DNA from: a virus
Lineage: Duplodnaviria > Caudoviricetes
IMG/VR virus record: IMGVR_UViG_3300005686_000008
Length of the DNA: 64,000 nucleotides
Strand: one strand, 5' to 3'
Shown here: positions 31,787 through 42,033 of the stretch, in pieces
How the letters are laid out: each line of letters opens with the position of its first letter
How positions within the stretch are numbered: position 1 is the first letter of the stretch
Program-made: the position numbers and the translations under genes
The notes under the pieces: model-generated
What the model saw: only the letters and a program-made list of their open reading frames with translations
The model's database searches: none
Told to the model about the DNA's origin: nothing

Positions 31787-31982
31787 TTTCGTTAGACTCT
31801 CATCTGACTATAAGAGGCAACCTGGTTCTTTACCCGGCGAAAATAATAACGGGCAGTCTTCTATACTTAATGACAAAGATGAAGATAAGTTGAAGAGAAA
31901 GAACAAGGTTCCTTCTAAGAAGATATATCAGTTTGGTGTAGATGTTCCGGTTGCAGAAAAGGTTGAAGTAGGAACTTTATGA
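31764..31982 (+). CDS. Small hypothetical protein
   Basis: GTG at 31764 preceded by AAGGA; fills the gap and has an ATGA overlap with the helicase gene; start uncertain. Confidence 0.4.
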   Translation: MKTILTNSFVRLSSDYKRQPGSLPGENNNGQSSILNDKDEDKLKRKNKVPSKKIYQFGVDVPVAEKVEVGTL

Positions 31983-33526
31983 CAGATAATGCTCAGTCTG
32001 TAACCTTAAGGGTTACGGATTCATCTACTTTCGTAATAGGAAAGATGAACAAGGATCTTTATCAGGAGTTCAAGAAAACTCTTGGATACAAAGATCCGAA
32101 TGCTATTTGGCGAGGCAAAAACGCTAAAAACTGGGATGGCTATATAACAACAGTTTGTTATAGTCAAAAATATTGTAGATGCTCTATCAAGAAGGATGGG
32201 GTTCATTTCCCAACAGGTCTTCTTAGTAGGGCTTTTGATTTTTTCAGGGCGTATGGTATCCCGGTGTCTTCTATTGATGAAAGAAGCGAGCCAAAAACTA
32301 ACTCTGTTCAGATTTCTTGTAGCGATGAGTTTCAAACAAGAGACTATCAAGAAGATACTATAAACAAGGCAGTAAAGCAACAAAGAGGCATTATAAAGGT
32401 TGCTACCGGCGGCGGAAAAACCGCTATAGGCGCTGGCATTATTCAGAAACTGTGCGTTTCTCCGTTCATATTTTATGTTACATCTAATGACTTGCTTAGG
32501 CAGGCGCAGAGCGAACTTCAAAAGTTCTTAGTTATGAATGGTTCTCCGTTAGAAGTTGGAATGATCGGCGGCGGTAAGTTTGACATAAAAGCAGTAAATG
32601 TTATGACTGTTCAAACCGCTGTGCGAGCGGTTGGAGAGAAGTATAAGAAGTTTGATGATGAAGATGAAGAAGAAAAGATATCAGAAGAATTGCAACAGAA
32701 AAGAGACGCAATTGCTGATTTGATTCATAATGCAAAGGGAATGATTTGCGACGAAGTTCAGCATTGGGCTGCTGAAACTTGCCAGGTTCTTGCGGACCAT
32801 TCTGTTAATGCTCGTTTTAGGTTTGGTCTTTCGGCAACTCCTTGGAGAGACATGGGGGATGACCTCCTTATTGACTCTTGTTTTGGAAAGCTGATTAACG
32901 AAATAAATGCATCCTTCCTTATTAGGAAGGGAATACTGGTCAAGCCAACTATATACTTCGTTCATACTAAAAAGAACTTTGATGAAGATGTCGCGTATAA
33001 TACTGTTTACAAAGAAGGCATAGTTACTAATGAGGAAAGAAATGTTCTTATTGCGAATATTGCTAAGAACATGGTAGATAATAATAGGCACGTTCTTATC
33101 CTTGTGCGACATATTGAACATGGTGAATTGCTTGAGTCTTTGATTCCAAATAGCTTTTTCGTAAATGGAACTCATGGTCATAAAGCAAGGGCCGATCATA
33201 TTGATGGTATGAGGAAAAAGGAAATTCCTGTAACTATTGCTACATCAATTTTTGATGAAGGCGTAGATGTAAAGCCTCTTGATGGCCTTATTTTGGCAGG
33301 ATCTGGTAAGTCTCAGACTAGAGCTTTGCAGCGAATCGGAAGAGTTATTAGAACGTTTGAAGACCCATCCACGGGTTTTGTGAAGAAAGACGCATTTATC
33401 GTTGATTTTTACGATCATATGAAGTATATGCTGTCTCATAGCAAAGCCAGAAGAAGAATCTACGAAACAGAGCCAGAGTTCGTAATTCGAGACTTTAAAG
33501 GCGAAGGTCATGCCTCGCAAACCTGA
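31979..33526 (+). CDS. Superfamily 2 helicase (UvsW/XPB-like)
   Basis: RDYQ, ATGGGKT, DEVQH, GLSATP, EGVD, QRIGRVIR helicase motifs. Confidence 0.9.
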   Translation: MTDNAQSVTLRVTDSSTFVIGKMNKDLYQEFKKTLGYKDPNAIWRGKNAKNWDGYITTVCYSQKYCRCSIKKDGVHFPTGLLSRAFDFFRAYGIPVSSIDERSEPKTNSVQISCSDEFQTRDYQEDTINKAVKQQRGIIKVATGGGKTAIGAGIIQKLCVSPFIFYVTSNDLLRQAQSELQKFLVMNGSPLEVGMIGGGKFDIKAVNVMTVQTAVRAVGEKYKKFDDEDEEEKISEELQQKRDAIADLIHNAKGMICDEVQHWAAETCQVLADHSVNARFRFGLSATPWRDMGDDLLIDSCFGKLINEINASFLIRKGILVKPTIYFVHTKKNFDEDVAYNTVYKEGIVTNEERNVLIANIAKNMVDNNRHVLILVRHIEHGELLESLIPNSFFVNGTHGHKARADHIDGMRKKEIPVTIATSIFDEGVDVKPLDGLILAGSGKSQTRALQRIGRVIRTFEDPSTGFVKKDAFIVDFYDHMKYMLSHSKARRRIYETEPEFVIRDFKGEGHASQT

Positions 33527-34613
33527 AATTTATAGTAATCTATTTGCAACTAGCGAAAGAGACTTGATGCTTGTTGATGCTGTCAATGCGCAATCTCAGT
33601 TTCTTTCTATGCCAAATCCGTATATTGGTAACAAGAGAAAGATATTGGCATCTATTTTCAAAGAGATATATGATGCTCTTCCATACAATGATATAAAGTC
33701 GCTTTGTGACCTTTTTGGCGGGAGCTTTGTTGTAGGAACGTTTTTTAGAGAAATGGGCAAAGAGGTATATGCAAATGAACTTCTTTTATCTTCATTTGTC
33801 AATGGCTATGCGTTGAATTTTGCAACTGAAGGATTTATTACAGAAGAAGAGTGGAAGTTTTTGCTTGATAGCAGAGATGTACAAAGTACAGATTTCTTTG
33901 TAAGCGATAAATATGGAGATTCTAGGTTTACAAAGAGAGAAGCGGAGTATATTGATGCTTTTTATACAAACTCTGCAAGGCTTTTTGGCGTTAACTCTCC
34001 AAAGTTCTATGTTGCCAATGCGAGTCTTATGCAGTTTATAATGACTCATTGCTTTGTTGGCGGAAGGCTTAATAGCGGTCAAGTTATCGCTTCTCTTGAG
34101 CATAGATTACAGCATCAGAGAAATGAAAATTCAGAGATGAACTTCTATCGAATGAAGCCTCTTGTTTATAATAGGAAAGGGATTCAACCTCATTTGTACA
34201 ATGATGATGTTTTTGATTTTCTTAAGAGGGAAGAATCTTCAAAGATTGATATGTTTTATATAGATCCGCCATACGGAGGGCAGCAGAGCGATTACGCATT
34301 CATGTACAAGTTTTTTGAAGAGTATTTGGCTAGAAAGTCTTTTGATGAAATTGAATACTTGAAACTTGCTTCTAAGAAGTTTTCAAAGGCTAAAACGTAT
34401 GGGGAATCATTTGAGAATCTTCTCGTTGCCTTGCCAAAAGAATCTTATTGGGTGCTTAGCTATAACGATAGTAGCTGGTCCGATATCGGGACGATATCAG
34501 GTATGATAGAGAAGCACAAGAAGACTGTTGTGGTTAAGGAAATAGAATACGATTATAAGTACAGGGCTTCTGGAAATACAACAGGAGTCGAGTATCTAAT
34601 CATTGGTAAATGA
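33510..34613 (+). CDS. DNA adenine methyltransferase (D12/alpha class)
   Basis: PYIGNK, DLFGGS SAM-binding motif, YIDPPY catalytic motif. Confidence 0.85.
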   Translation: MPRKPEIYSNLFATSERDLMLVDAVNAQSQFLSMPNPYIGNKRKILASIFKEIYDALPYNDIKSLCDLFGGSFVVGTFFREMGKEVYANELLLSSFVNGYALNFATEGFITEEEWKFLLDSRDVQSTDFFVSDKYGDSRFTKREAEYIDAFYTNSARLFGVNSPKFYVANASLMQFIMTHCFVGGRLNSGQVIASLEHRLQHQRNENSEMNFYRMKPLVYNRKGIQPHLYNDDVFDFLKREESSKIDMFYIDPPYGGQQSDYAFMYKFFEEYLARKSFDEIEYLKLASKKFSKAKTYGESFENLLVALPKESYWVLSYNDSSWSDIGTISGMIEKHKKTVVVKEIEYDYKYRASGNTTGVEYLIIGK

Positions 34614-34614
34614 T

Positions 34615-35460
34615 ATGGAAAAGAAGGGCAAAAAGATGCAAACTAGCGCTGATGACATGATGTTGGGTATTTTGTCGCGAAGTCATAAGGATACGGCCAA
34701 TAGAGTTTCTTCAAAGGATACATTAGAGATTATTGATGTGCCCAGCAAGCCGGCCAAGATATGCAAGTGGAAAGATATCAAGGTTAAAAAGGCTTATGCA
34801 ACAGTTCCGGTGAGCGAATGGGGTAGTAAGAAGTTCTTTTTATACTTCAGAAGCCTTTGCGGAGACAAGGACAAGTCTTTGAAGGAAGTATTTGATTCGA
34901 GTATTGGAGTTGCAAGACAGGCGGCTTTTATAGATTCTGTAAAGCAAGAGTTTTTGAAGAAGACAGATAAAGTTGTAACCAAAGAGACTCTCAAAGAATA
35001 TATTGAGTGGTTTGTTTCAACTCAATTAGATTCGCTAGTTAGTAGTTCTCAGTTTACTATATACTGTTTGAAGTATGAAAGATATATAAGTAGGTTTTTG
35101 AAAGAGAATGATAATAAGCAATTAGTCGTAGAAGAAACTAAGATTATTGATTTTTCGAATATTGATAAGATGTTTGACTCTGGAGGAGTTAATTTCTTAT
35201 TGAGCTATGGTCTTGTTATATCTTTTGTTTGGCTTCACAAGAAGAAGAATTTGTCTTCTGTTGACGCAAAAGAGGCTATTGTTAGGTTCTATAAGGATGC
35301 AACGAGATCAGGAGACGCTATTGCAGCAAAAATACGAGATGTAACTGCTAAGTTTTCTCCTTATTCGCCAGATTACATTGATCGTAATTTGGAAGAGCTT
35401 TTGAAAACCTGTAAGGTTGAAAGAGTTGAGTTTACAAACAAAGGAAAGAAGTACGTTTAA
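34615..35460 (+). CDS. Hypothetical protein in the replication cluster
   Basis: Intact ORF; ATG at 34615 directly follows the upstream stop (track start 34603 is TTG); function unknown. Confidence 0.55.
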   Translation: MEKKGKKMQTSADDMMLGILSRSHKDTANRVSSKDTLEIIDVPSKPAKICKWKDIKVKKAYATVPVSEWGSKKFFLYFRSLCGDKDKSLKEVFDSSIGVARQAAFIDSVKQEFLKKTDKVVTKETLKEYIEWFVSTQLDSLVSSSQFTIYCLKYERYISRFLKENDNKQLVVEETKIIDFSNIDKMFDSGGVNFLLSYGLVISFVWLHKKKNLSSVDAKEAIVRFYKDATRSGDAIAAKIRDVTAKFSPYSPDYIDRNLEELLKTCKVERVEFTNKGKKYV

Positions 35461-35471
35461 GGAGTTTTATA

Positions 35472-36002
35472 GTGAGTGTTAGAATTTTTGCAAATGAAGA
35501 GATTTACGGATACTCTGTTGTCTTGATTGATGAAAGCGGCAAGAATATTGGAGAGACCAATAAGAAGAATGCCATTTTTCAGGCGAAAGGCAAGGGTCTA
35601 GATCTTGTTCAAGTAGGGAAAACGCAACAAGGTATGCCTATTTGCAAGTATGCAGATGCTGGTAAGATGAAGTTTGAGGCTTCGAAAAAGAAAACCTCAT
35701 CTAAGCCTGTTGAAACAAAAGAAATGATGTTTCATCTTAAGACTGGTGAGAATGATATACAGATTAAGAAGACGAAGATTAGAAATATGCTTGGTAAGAA
35801 ATGTATTGTTAAGTTTGGTATTGAGCTAAAAGGAAGAGAAAGAGCATTCATGGCTAATGCTAAAGAACTTTTGACAAAAGCCGTGTCTGACTTGAGTGAT
35901 GTAGCAAAATGGGACGAAATGAGAGTATCAGACAACATTGTTTTTGTGGTACTTAAGCCCATTAAAGAACATAATCATGACGAAAAAACAACCAAAGTCT
36001 AA
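35472..36002 (+). CDS. infC: Translation initiation factor IF-3
   Basis: NEEI...V.LIDE.G.N.G, GLDLVQV, PICK..D.GK.KFE, KEM.F...END...K, KGRE; both IF-3 domains present; AAGGAG SD and GTG start. Confidence 0.9.
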   Translation: MSVRIFANEEIYGYSVVLIDESGKNIGETNKKNAIFQAKGKGLDLVQVGKTQQGMPICKYADAGKMKFEASKKKTSSKPVETKEMMFHLKTGENDIQIKKTKIRNMLGKKCIVKFGIELKGRERAFMANAKELLTKAVSDLSDVAKWDEMRVSDNIVFVVLKPIKEHNHDEKTTKV

Positions 36003-37341
36003 CCCAAGCGAATCAAAGGACTGTTCAACATCTATTGGTGGAGATTGTTTTATTCATGACGTTTTTGGTCGCAGTCACAAGGTAAAAGATTTGGCGAACC
36101 TATCTTTGAGTGATTCTCCAATTAGTGTTTATGGATTCAATAACACCACTTGGAAAATGGAGAAAATGAACATATCTGATGTTAAGATTTGCGAATCCAA
36201 TCAGGATTTGATAAAGCTTACTTGTGCAAGCAATTTTATTGAAATAGCAAGTAGTCAGGATGTTCTTGTAAACAGGAATGGAGACCTTTTCAACATAGAA
36301 GCCAAGGATATAGCAATTGGCGATCTTGTAATGGTCCCGAAGTTTCTTCCTAGACACGAAAAGAACTTCTCATTAAATGACGTATTTCCGGGAAAGAAAA
36401 GCGGTAAGATAAAAGCAAGAAGCGGTAGTAAGATTCATACTGCTGATGTAAGGGTTTCTGTAAGATTCATAACAACTCTTGCTGTTATATCGGGCATGAT
36501 AGATGCCGGTGGCTTTTACGATACTAAGAGCGGAGATGTTCTTTTTCATAGTAAGAGCAGGGTTGTTTGTCACTTATTAGCAAGCTTTTTGCAAGATACA
36601 TTTCTTGTAGAACCTGAAGTAAAGAATGATTCTGTTAGATTTCAGAATAAAGTTGTTGCTATGGTTATTGATAGCTTTTTGAATAACCTAGCCTCGCAAA
36701 ATCAAGAGATGATTTGCTATTATTTGTCAGGATATTTTCATACAGGTTCTAAGTTTGGATTTGTAGATGAGTTAGAAGGAACAACGAATAAACCCTTCGT
36801 TTCTATGCCTATAAACAATGAAGTAGTTTTTGATAGGCTTAGAAAGTCTTTGCTATTGTTTGGTATAGTTCCATTCAGAAGCGAAAAATGTTGTACTATT
36901 ATAGATAGTAGTCATATTGAAGACTTTTTTACTAGTATTCCAATACTTCATAAGGAAATGGTTGTCAAAGTCGAACAATTCATGAACGACTTTTTGGAGA
37001 ACCCCTCATACATAGTTGATCTTTTGGGATATAAGTTTGGGAAGTCCTTGTCGTATCTCAAGAGTGTATGTAAAATTCCTGAAAACAAATATAAGAAGAT
37101 TGAATGTTTTGAAAAAGAATCTTCAATCATGAGCTACTTGATAGCAGACCAACTTAACTCTTTTATAAAGCATAGATTTATAGATGTATCTAAGTCTCCA
37201 ATATCAAAACTGGTTGATTCTTCCGTTGTTGGAGTAAGGGTTTTGAAGAAAGAGAATATTGGAAATAGAACTTCTTATAGTATTTCCTGCGAAAAGAATT
37301 ACAGCTTTTTCATCAATGGAATATTGTGCTACAACAATTGA
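35977..37341 (+). CDS. Free-standing degenerate intein-like protein (Hint + LAGLIDADG, no exteins)
   Basis: Block A-like SIGGDCFI; EAKDIAIGDLV; LAGLIDADG-like ISGMIDAGG and YLSGYFHTG; terminal YSISCEKNYSFFINGILCYNN-stop matching blocks F/G. Confidence 0.8.
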   Translation: MTKKQPKSNPSESKDCSTSIGGDCFIHDVFGRSHKVKDLANLSLSDSPISVYGFNNTTWKMEKMNISDVKICESNQDLIKLTCASNFIEIASSQDVLVNRNGDLFNIEAKDIAIGDLVMVPKFLPRHEKNFSLNDVFPGKKSGKIKARSGSKIHTADVRVSVRFITTLAVISGMIDAGGFYDTKSGDVLFHSKSRVVCHLLASFLQDTFLVEPEVKNDSVRFQNKVVAMVIDSFLNNLASQNQEMICYYLSGYFHTGSKFGFVDELEGTTNKPFVSMPINNEVVFDRLRKSLLLFGIVPFRSEKCCTIIDSSHIEDFFTSIPILHKEMVVKVEQFMNDFLENPSYIVDLLGYKFGKSLSYLKSVCKIPENKYKKIECFEKESSIMSYLIADQLNSFIKHRFIDVSKSPISKLVDSSVVGVRVLKKENIGNRTSYSISCEKNYSFFINGILCYNN

Positions 37342-37388
37342 TGTTGTGCTTTGGTTATGAAAATGACAGAATATGCCGAGAATGATTT

Positions 37389-38255
37389 ATGTTGGATCTT
37401 AGTCTAATCATAAAGAAATATCGTTACAGCTTTTACAAGTCTGCCGGTAACGAAAATGGTAAACCTGCTCCGTGTCCGCATTATGCTGGCGGAGATCAGT
37501 GTTCCCGCAAAGAGGGTTGTTTTTGTAAGAAGCTAGCAGAAATACGAGGCAATATTGACTATGTTATCCCTTCAGAGTATAGAGATCTAACAATAGAAAA
37601 TGCTAGCGGAATCATAGTATCCAAAGATGGTGTTGAACAGCATGTTTGGAGCGAAGATAATAGACTTGAAATACAAAATACATTACGCAACTATTTATTT
37701 GGCGGAGTTGATCGAGTCCTTTTGACTGGAGGACGAGAATCATATAACAAGTATTCTCAAATGGATAAGCGATTCTCAGATGGAGACGCTGTTATTATTC
37801 ATGGAGATAATTTGATTGGGAAAAAGGAAGGCAAACAATCTCCAAGGTTCTTGCCGGCAGGCAAAACAATGATTGCTTGTTTGATTCTCAAAGAAGCGAT
37901 ATGGAGAAAATTGTTTGCAACTAATAGAGCGGATACTTATTCTGTAATTTCATATCAAACTCTTAAGCAAGATTTGAAGCTTCGAACAGAGAGGTCTTAT
38001 GATTTGAAAGAATGCGATTGGCTTTGTATTGATGATATAAGTTTACCCCTAAGAGAAGATGATTTTAATCATCAACAGTTTGTTACTTTGTTTGATGATT
38101 TTTTGATGACAAGAATAGAACAAAAATTGCCAACAATTTTGGTTTGCAGTTTTGATGTGTTGGCAAAAGATTATACTCATAGCCTTGGATATACTTTTCA
38201 AAAGATGGTGTCTTCTAAGAATTCTTGGCTTATTTCTGTTGGAGGGGGAAAATGA
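37389..38255 (+). CDS. DnaC/IstB-like AAA+ ATPase (helicase loader)
   Basis: N-terminal Cys cluster, IPSEYRD, AGKT Walker A, LCIDDI Walker B, R...KLPTI; immediately upstream of DnaB. Confidence 0.7.
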   Translation: MLDLSLIIKKYRYSFYKSAGNENGKPAPCPHYAGGDQCSRKEGCFCKKLAEIRGNIDYVIPSEYRDLTIENASGIIVSKDGVEQHVWSEDNRLEIQNTLRNYLFGGVDRVLLTGGRESYNKYSQMDKRFSDGDAVIIHGDNLIGKKEGKQSPRFLPAGKTMIACLILKEAIWRKLFATNRADTYSVISYQTLKQDLKLRTERSYDLKECDWLCIDDISLPLREDDFNHQQFVTLFDDFLMTRIEQKLPTILVCSFDVLAKDYTHSLGYTFQKMVSSKNSWLISVGGGK

Positions 38256-39802
38256 TTAATGATTCGGAAGCCCAACAAAAGCTTCTTAATATTCTTTTGA
38301 ATAATCAAGGGCTAATCCCTGAGTTTATTGCTGAACAAATTAGTCCAGAACATTTTGATACAAAGTGTAAGATAATTGTTCATGGTATTATCAATTCGTA
38401 TAAAGAAGAACAAAAGTTTACAGAAGAGTATTATCTTGATTTTGTTGCGAGATCTGTTGCAAATGGCGATTATAGGAAATGGACAGAAAGCGAAGTCTCT
38501 AGTTCTAAGCTTGCTGTTGTTGCCGAACGCAATAACTATACAAGCATAAAAGACCTTGAAAGAGTTGATCGTAATGATTTCCCTCTTATGGTTAGAAGAG
38601 TTAGAGAGGGATTTCTAAAGAAAGAATCAACTAGGTTATTAGAAAAATTTAACGGTAAGAAGTCTCAAGACTGGGCAATGGCAATTGATGGTTTAACGGA
38701 AGATCTGGTTCTGTTGAGAGCGAGTTCTTCTGATGGTAAAATTGCAACATGGGCGGATGTTTCTAATTACGGAGATGATTGGTACAAGAGTCTTGAAGAA
38801 GAGATTAAAAACCCGAAGAAAACTCTTCCTACAGGAATAAAGCCATTTGATGATACAATGCCAATTGGTCTTGATATTGGTTCTCTAACGCTTATTGTAG
38901 CTGACGTAGGCGGATATAAGTCGGCAACGATGATTAATATGGCCTTGAATGTATGTAAAGAATCTCAAGAAAATGTGCTGTATGTATCTTTGGAAATGCC
39001 TAAAGATAGGCTTATGCAAAGAATCATATCAAGAGAGTCCGGGGTTCCTTCGGAGAAGCTTTCGAAACCTCAAATGCTGAAAGATGAGGATAAAGAAAAG
39101 ATTAAGAGGGCTATCGAGGATTTCAAGAAGATAGAATCTAAGTTTGTTATATTAGATGCTCAGGAAAGAATGACTGTTTCTAAGATTAGAGCAGAAATAG
39201 AGAAGAGATATCATTTCTTCAGGCCAAGGCTTGTTGTTATTGACTATATTTCCATTCTTGGCCCTGACCCTTGGTATCAAAAACTGGCCGAGCATTCTTG
39301 GTACGGTCAGATGTGCAAAGACCTTAGACAACTTGGAAGGAAAATGGGATTTGCTGTTCTTTCGGCAGTTCAGTTGAATAGAGAAGCAATTAAGTCGTTG
39401 AGAAATCAGAAAGATGGTAAACAGAGTGTCGGTTCTGATGCTCTTAGGGGTTCTCATGATTTCTCTGCTGATGCTGATCATATTTATGCGCAGTTCCCTC
39501 ATCCAGAAGCTAAAGATAAATTGTTCCTTGTTTGTATCAAATCCAGATATGGTTCTACTATGTTTGGATCTATGAAGAATGAATCAAAAGCTGAGATAGA
39601 AGTAAATCCTCATATTGGTAAGGTTTACTATTCTGTCAATGCAACGTATAATTTCTCTGAAGAGTCTTCAAGTTTCGTCAAGAAGGCTGAAGACATGGTA
39701 GTTAATCCTGATATTGATTTGTCATTCGATTTAGAACCGCCTCCGCCTGCCATAAAGAAACCATCTAGAAAGCAGGTTTCAGATTTAGGTTTTGATCTAT
39801 GA
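38252..39802 (+). CDS. dnaB: Replicative DnaB-like helicase
   Basis: PTGIKPFD, YVSLEM, LVVIDYI, AVQLNRE, DADH, KSRYG motifs; GGAGGGGG SD before ATG 38252. Confidence 0.88.
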   Translation: MINDSEAQQKLLNILLNNQGLIPEFIAEQISPEHFDTKCKIIVHGIINSYKEEQKFTEEYYLDFVARSVANGDYRKWTESEVSSSKLAVVAERNNYTSIKDLERVDRNDFPLMVRRVREGFLKKESTRLLEKFNGKKSQDWAMAIDGLTEDLVLLRASSSDGKIATWADVSNYGDDWYKSLEEEIKNPKKTLPTGIKPFDDTMPIGLDIGSLTLIVADVGGYKSATMINMALNVCKESQENVLYVSLEMPKDRLMQRIISRESGVPSEKLSKPQMLKDEDKEKIKRAIEDFKKIESKFVILDAQERMTVSKIRAEIEKRYHFFRPRLVVIDYISILGPDPWYQKLAEHSWYGQMCKDLRQLGRKMGFAVLSAVQLNREAIKSLRNQKDGKQSVGSDALRGSHDFSADADHIYAQFPHPEAKDKLFLVCIKSRYGSTMFGSMKNESKAEIEVNPHIGKVYYSVNATYNFSEESSSFVKKAEDMVVNPDIDLSFDLEPPPPAIKKPSRKQVSDLGFDL

Positions 39803-40434
39803 GCGTAATACTAGATACAATTTCCAAATCAATTAAGATAACTGATTATCTTGCTTCCAAGAATGTTTCATGGAATAGCCATGAGGGAGATAGATATAAA
39901 TACAGATGTCCTCTTCCTACTCATACAAAAGATAATACTCCATCTTTCTTTGTGTATGACAAACCTGATGGACAAGATTTTTATTGTTATGGATGTAAAT
40001 GCGCTGGAGGGATAGTCCAGCTTGTTTCTGCATATGAACAAATATCTATAAGGGATACAGTAGAGAGGCTTCTAAAAGGCCTCAATATAAATATTGATGA
40101 TGTAGTTGATTCTATAATCAGAGAAATAATCGTTTACTCTGAATCTGGTGATAAGGATGATAAAGATGAGGGAATCGTCGCTTCTTCACTGTTTATTAGT
40201 TCTCATATGCATGATTTCTTAACAAAAGTAGATTTCAACAGCGAAGACCTTGCAATTGCTGAAAAGGTGTTTGCTATGGTGGATTCTTATGTGCTGGTTG
40301 ACAGACTAGACGATTTAGAAAAACTAGCGAAAGCGATACCTGCAAGAACTAAGATAAGATACGAGATATATCTAGATAAAAAGAAGAGAGAAGAGATAGA
40401 AAAACTGAGAGGATCAAAAGTAAATGAGATATGA
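39799..40434 (+). CDS. CHC2 zinc-finger protein (primase zinc-binding domain) with helical C-terminus
   Basis: CPLPTH.KDNTPSF...FYCYGC..GGIVQLV; no TOPRIM domain. Confidence 0.85.
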   Translation: MSVILDTISKSIKITDYLASKNVSWNSHEGDRYKYRCPLPTHTKDNTPSFFVYDKPDGQDFYCYGCKCAGGIVQLVSAYEQISIRDTVERLLKGLNINIDDVVDSIIREIIVYSESGDKDDKDEGIVASSLFISSHMHDFLTKVDFNSEDLAIAEKVFAMVDSYVLVDRLDDLEKLAKAIPARTKIRYEIYLDKKKREEIEKLRGSKVNEI

Positions 40435-41182
40435 GTTGCATAATACTGATTGCTTGAGTCTGTCAACAGATTTAGTAGATCTTGTTTATATGGACCCTCC
40501 GTATAGCTGCGAAGGCGAAGATGTATACTATGGAGAAGGTAAAACTTTTGATGACTTTATAACGTATATGCATAATCGTTTTGATAATATTCGAAAGTTA
40601 ATGAAGCCAAACTCTAGTATACTTGTTCATATGGATTATAAAGCTATTCATTACATAAAAGTTTTGATGGATGAAGTTTTTGGAAGAGAAAACTTCATGA
40701 ATGAAATAATATGGTGCTTTAGTAATCCTGCGAGTACAAAGAGATGGTTGCCGAGAAAGCATAATACTATTCTTTGGTATGGTCTTGGAAATTATACGTT
40801 TAACCAGCCTCGAATTCCATATAAAACGAAGATGAATGTTGGCGGAGATGCCGCATGGTCAAAAGAGAAGATTCCTTGGGAACATTACGAAAAAAGAGGT
40901 AAGCTGCTTGAGGACTGGTGGGTTGATATTCCTGCTATTTGCAGGAACGAGCCAGAAAAGAATGGATATGCAACGCAGAAGCCGTTGAAACTTATGGAAA
41001 GAGTTGTTGATATTTGGAGTAATCCTGGCGACAGGGTTTTGGACCCATTTTGCGGTAGCGGTTCATTGCTTGAAGCGGCAATAATTAAAAATAGATTTCC
41101 AGTTGGATGCGACAAAAATCAAAAGGCCCTAGAAATAGCAAAATCAAGACTTGAAGCGGTAAAAACGATTTTTTCGGAGTGA
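40424..41182 (+). CDS. DNA methyltransferase, N6-A/N4-C beta class
   Basis: YMDPPY precedes TQKP and DPFCGSGS. Confidence 0.9.
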   Translation: MRYELHNTDCLSLSTDLVDLVYMDPPYSCEGEDVYYGEGKTFDDFITYMHNRFDNIRKLMKPNSSILVHMDYKAIHYIKVLMDEVFGRENFMNEIIWCFSNPASTKRWLPRKHNTILWYGLGNYTFNQPRIPYKTKMNVGGDAAWSKEKIPWEHYEKRGKLLEDWWVDIPAICRNEPEKNGYATQKPLKLMERVVDIWSNPGDRVLDPFCGSGSLLEAAIIKNRFPVGCDKNQKALEIAKSRLEAVKTIFSE

Positions 41183-42033
41183 TTATGAGTTTACTAAATA
41201 CTATTATACTAAGCGATGTACTTGATGGACTTAAGAAAATTCCAGATGAAAGCGTTCATATGGTTGTTTCTTCTCCACCGTACAATATAGATCTTAAGGG
41301 ATATGGCAATAGAAACGATAATGATCCTTATCATGTTTATGTTTCTTGGCTAAAGGATATATTCATTCAATGTAAAAGAATTCTTGTTGATGGAGGAAGA
41401 CTTGTCATCAATATAGATTCCGTTAGAAATCGTCAAGATGATGAAGAATATATGAGACCGATTGCTGGCGATTTAATAAACGCTGGTAGAGAAGTCGGAC
41501 TAAAGTATAGAACTGAAATTTGCTGGTACAAACAGAATTGGTCTGGTAGGGCTACCGCTTTTGGTTCGTATATGTCTTGTTCAAATCCTGCTATTAGAAG
41601 AAATCATGAGTATATTATGGTTTGGTCTAAGGGAAACTGGAAACTTGAGGGAGATCCAGAGCTTTCGGATATGACTTCAGAAGAGTTCCAGAATTGGACT
41701 TTTAGTACATGGTTTATTCAACCAGAAACAAGAAATCTCAACGATCATCCTGCTCCTTATCCAGAAGAATTAGTTAGAAGATTAGTCAAGCTATTTACAT
41801 ATAGGGGAAATACTGTTGTAGATCCATTCATGGGAACTGGAACGACAGGCGTTGTTGCTAAAGTTCTTGGTAGAAACTATATTGGTATTGATAATTCTCC
41901 TGATGATGTTGAGTTTGCTAAAAAGAGAATAGATTCTGTATCCAATATTTTTGATGATTATATTCCAAGATCTGATAGGATAAAGGCCGCAAAAAAGGAC
42001 GATATACAAACGGAGATGAACAAGGTTTTCTGA
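41179..42033 (+). CDS. DNA methyltransferase, beta class (SPPY, probably N4-C)
   Basis: SSPPYN, HPAPYP, DPFMGTGTT. Confidence 0.9.
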   Translation: MIMSLLNTIILSDVLDGLKKIPDESVHMVVSSPPYNIDLKGYGNRNDNDPYHVYVSWLKDIFIQCKRILVDGGRLVINIDSVRNRQDDEEYMRPIAGDLINAGREVGLKYRTEICWYKQNWSGRATAFGSYMSCSNPAIRRNHEYIMVWSKGNWKLEGDPELSDMTSEEFQNWTFSTWFIQPETRNLNDHPAPYPEELVRRLVKLFTYRGNTVVDPFMGTGTTGVVAKVLGRNYIGIDNSPDDVEFAKKRIDSVSNIFDDYIPRSDRIKAAKKDDIQTEMNKVF

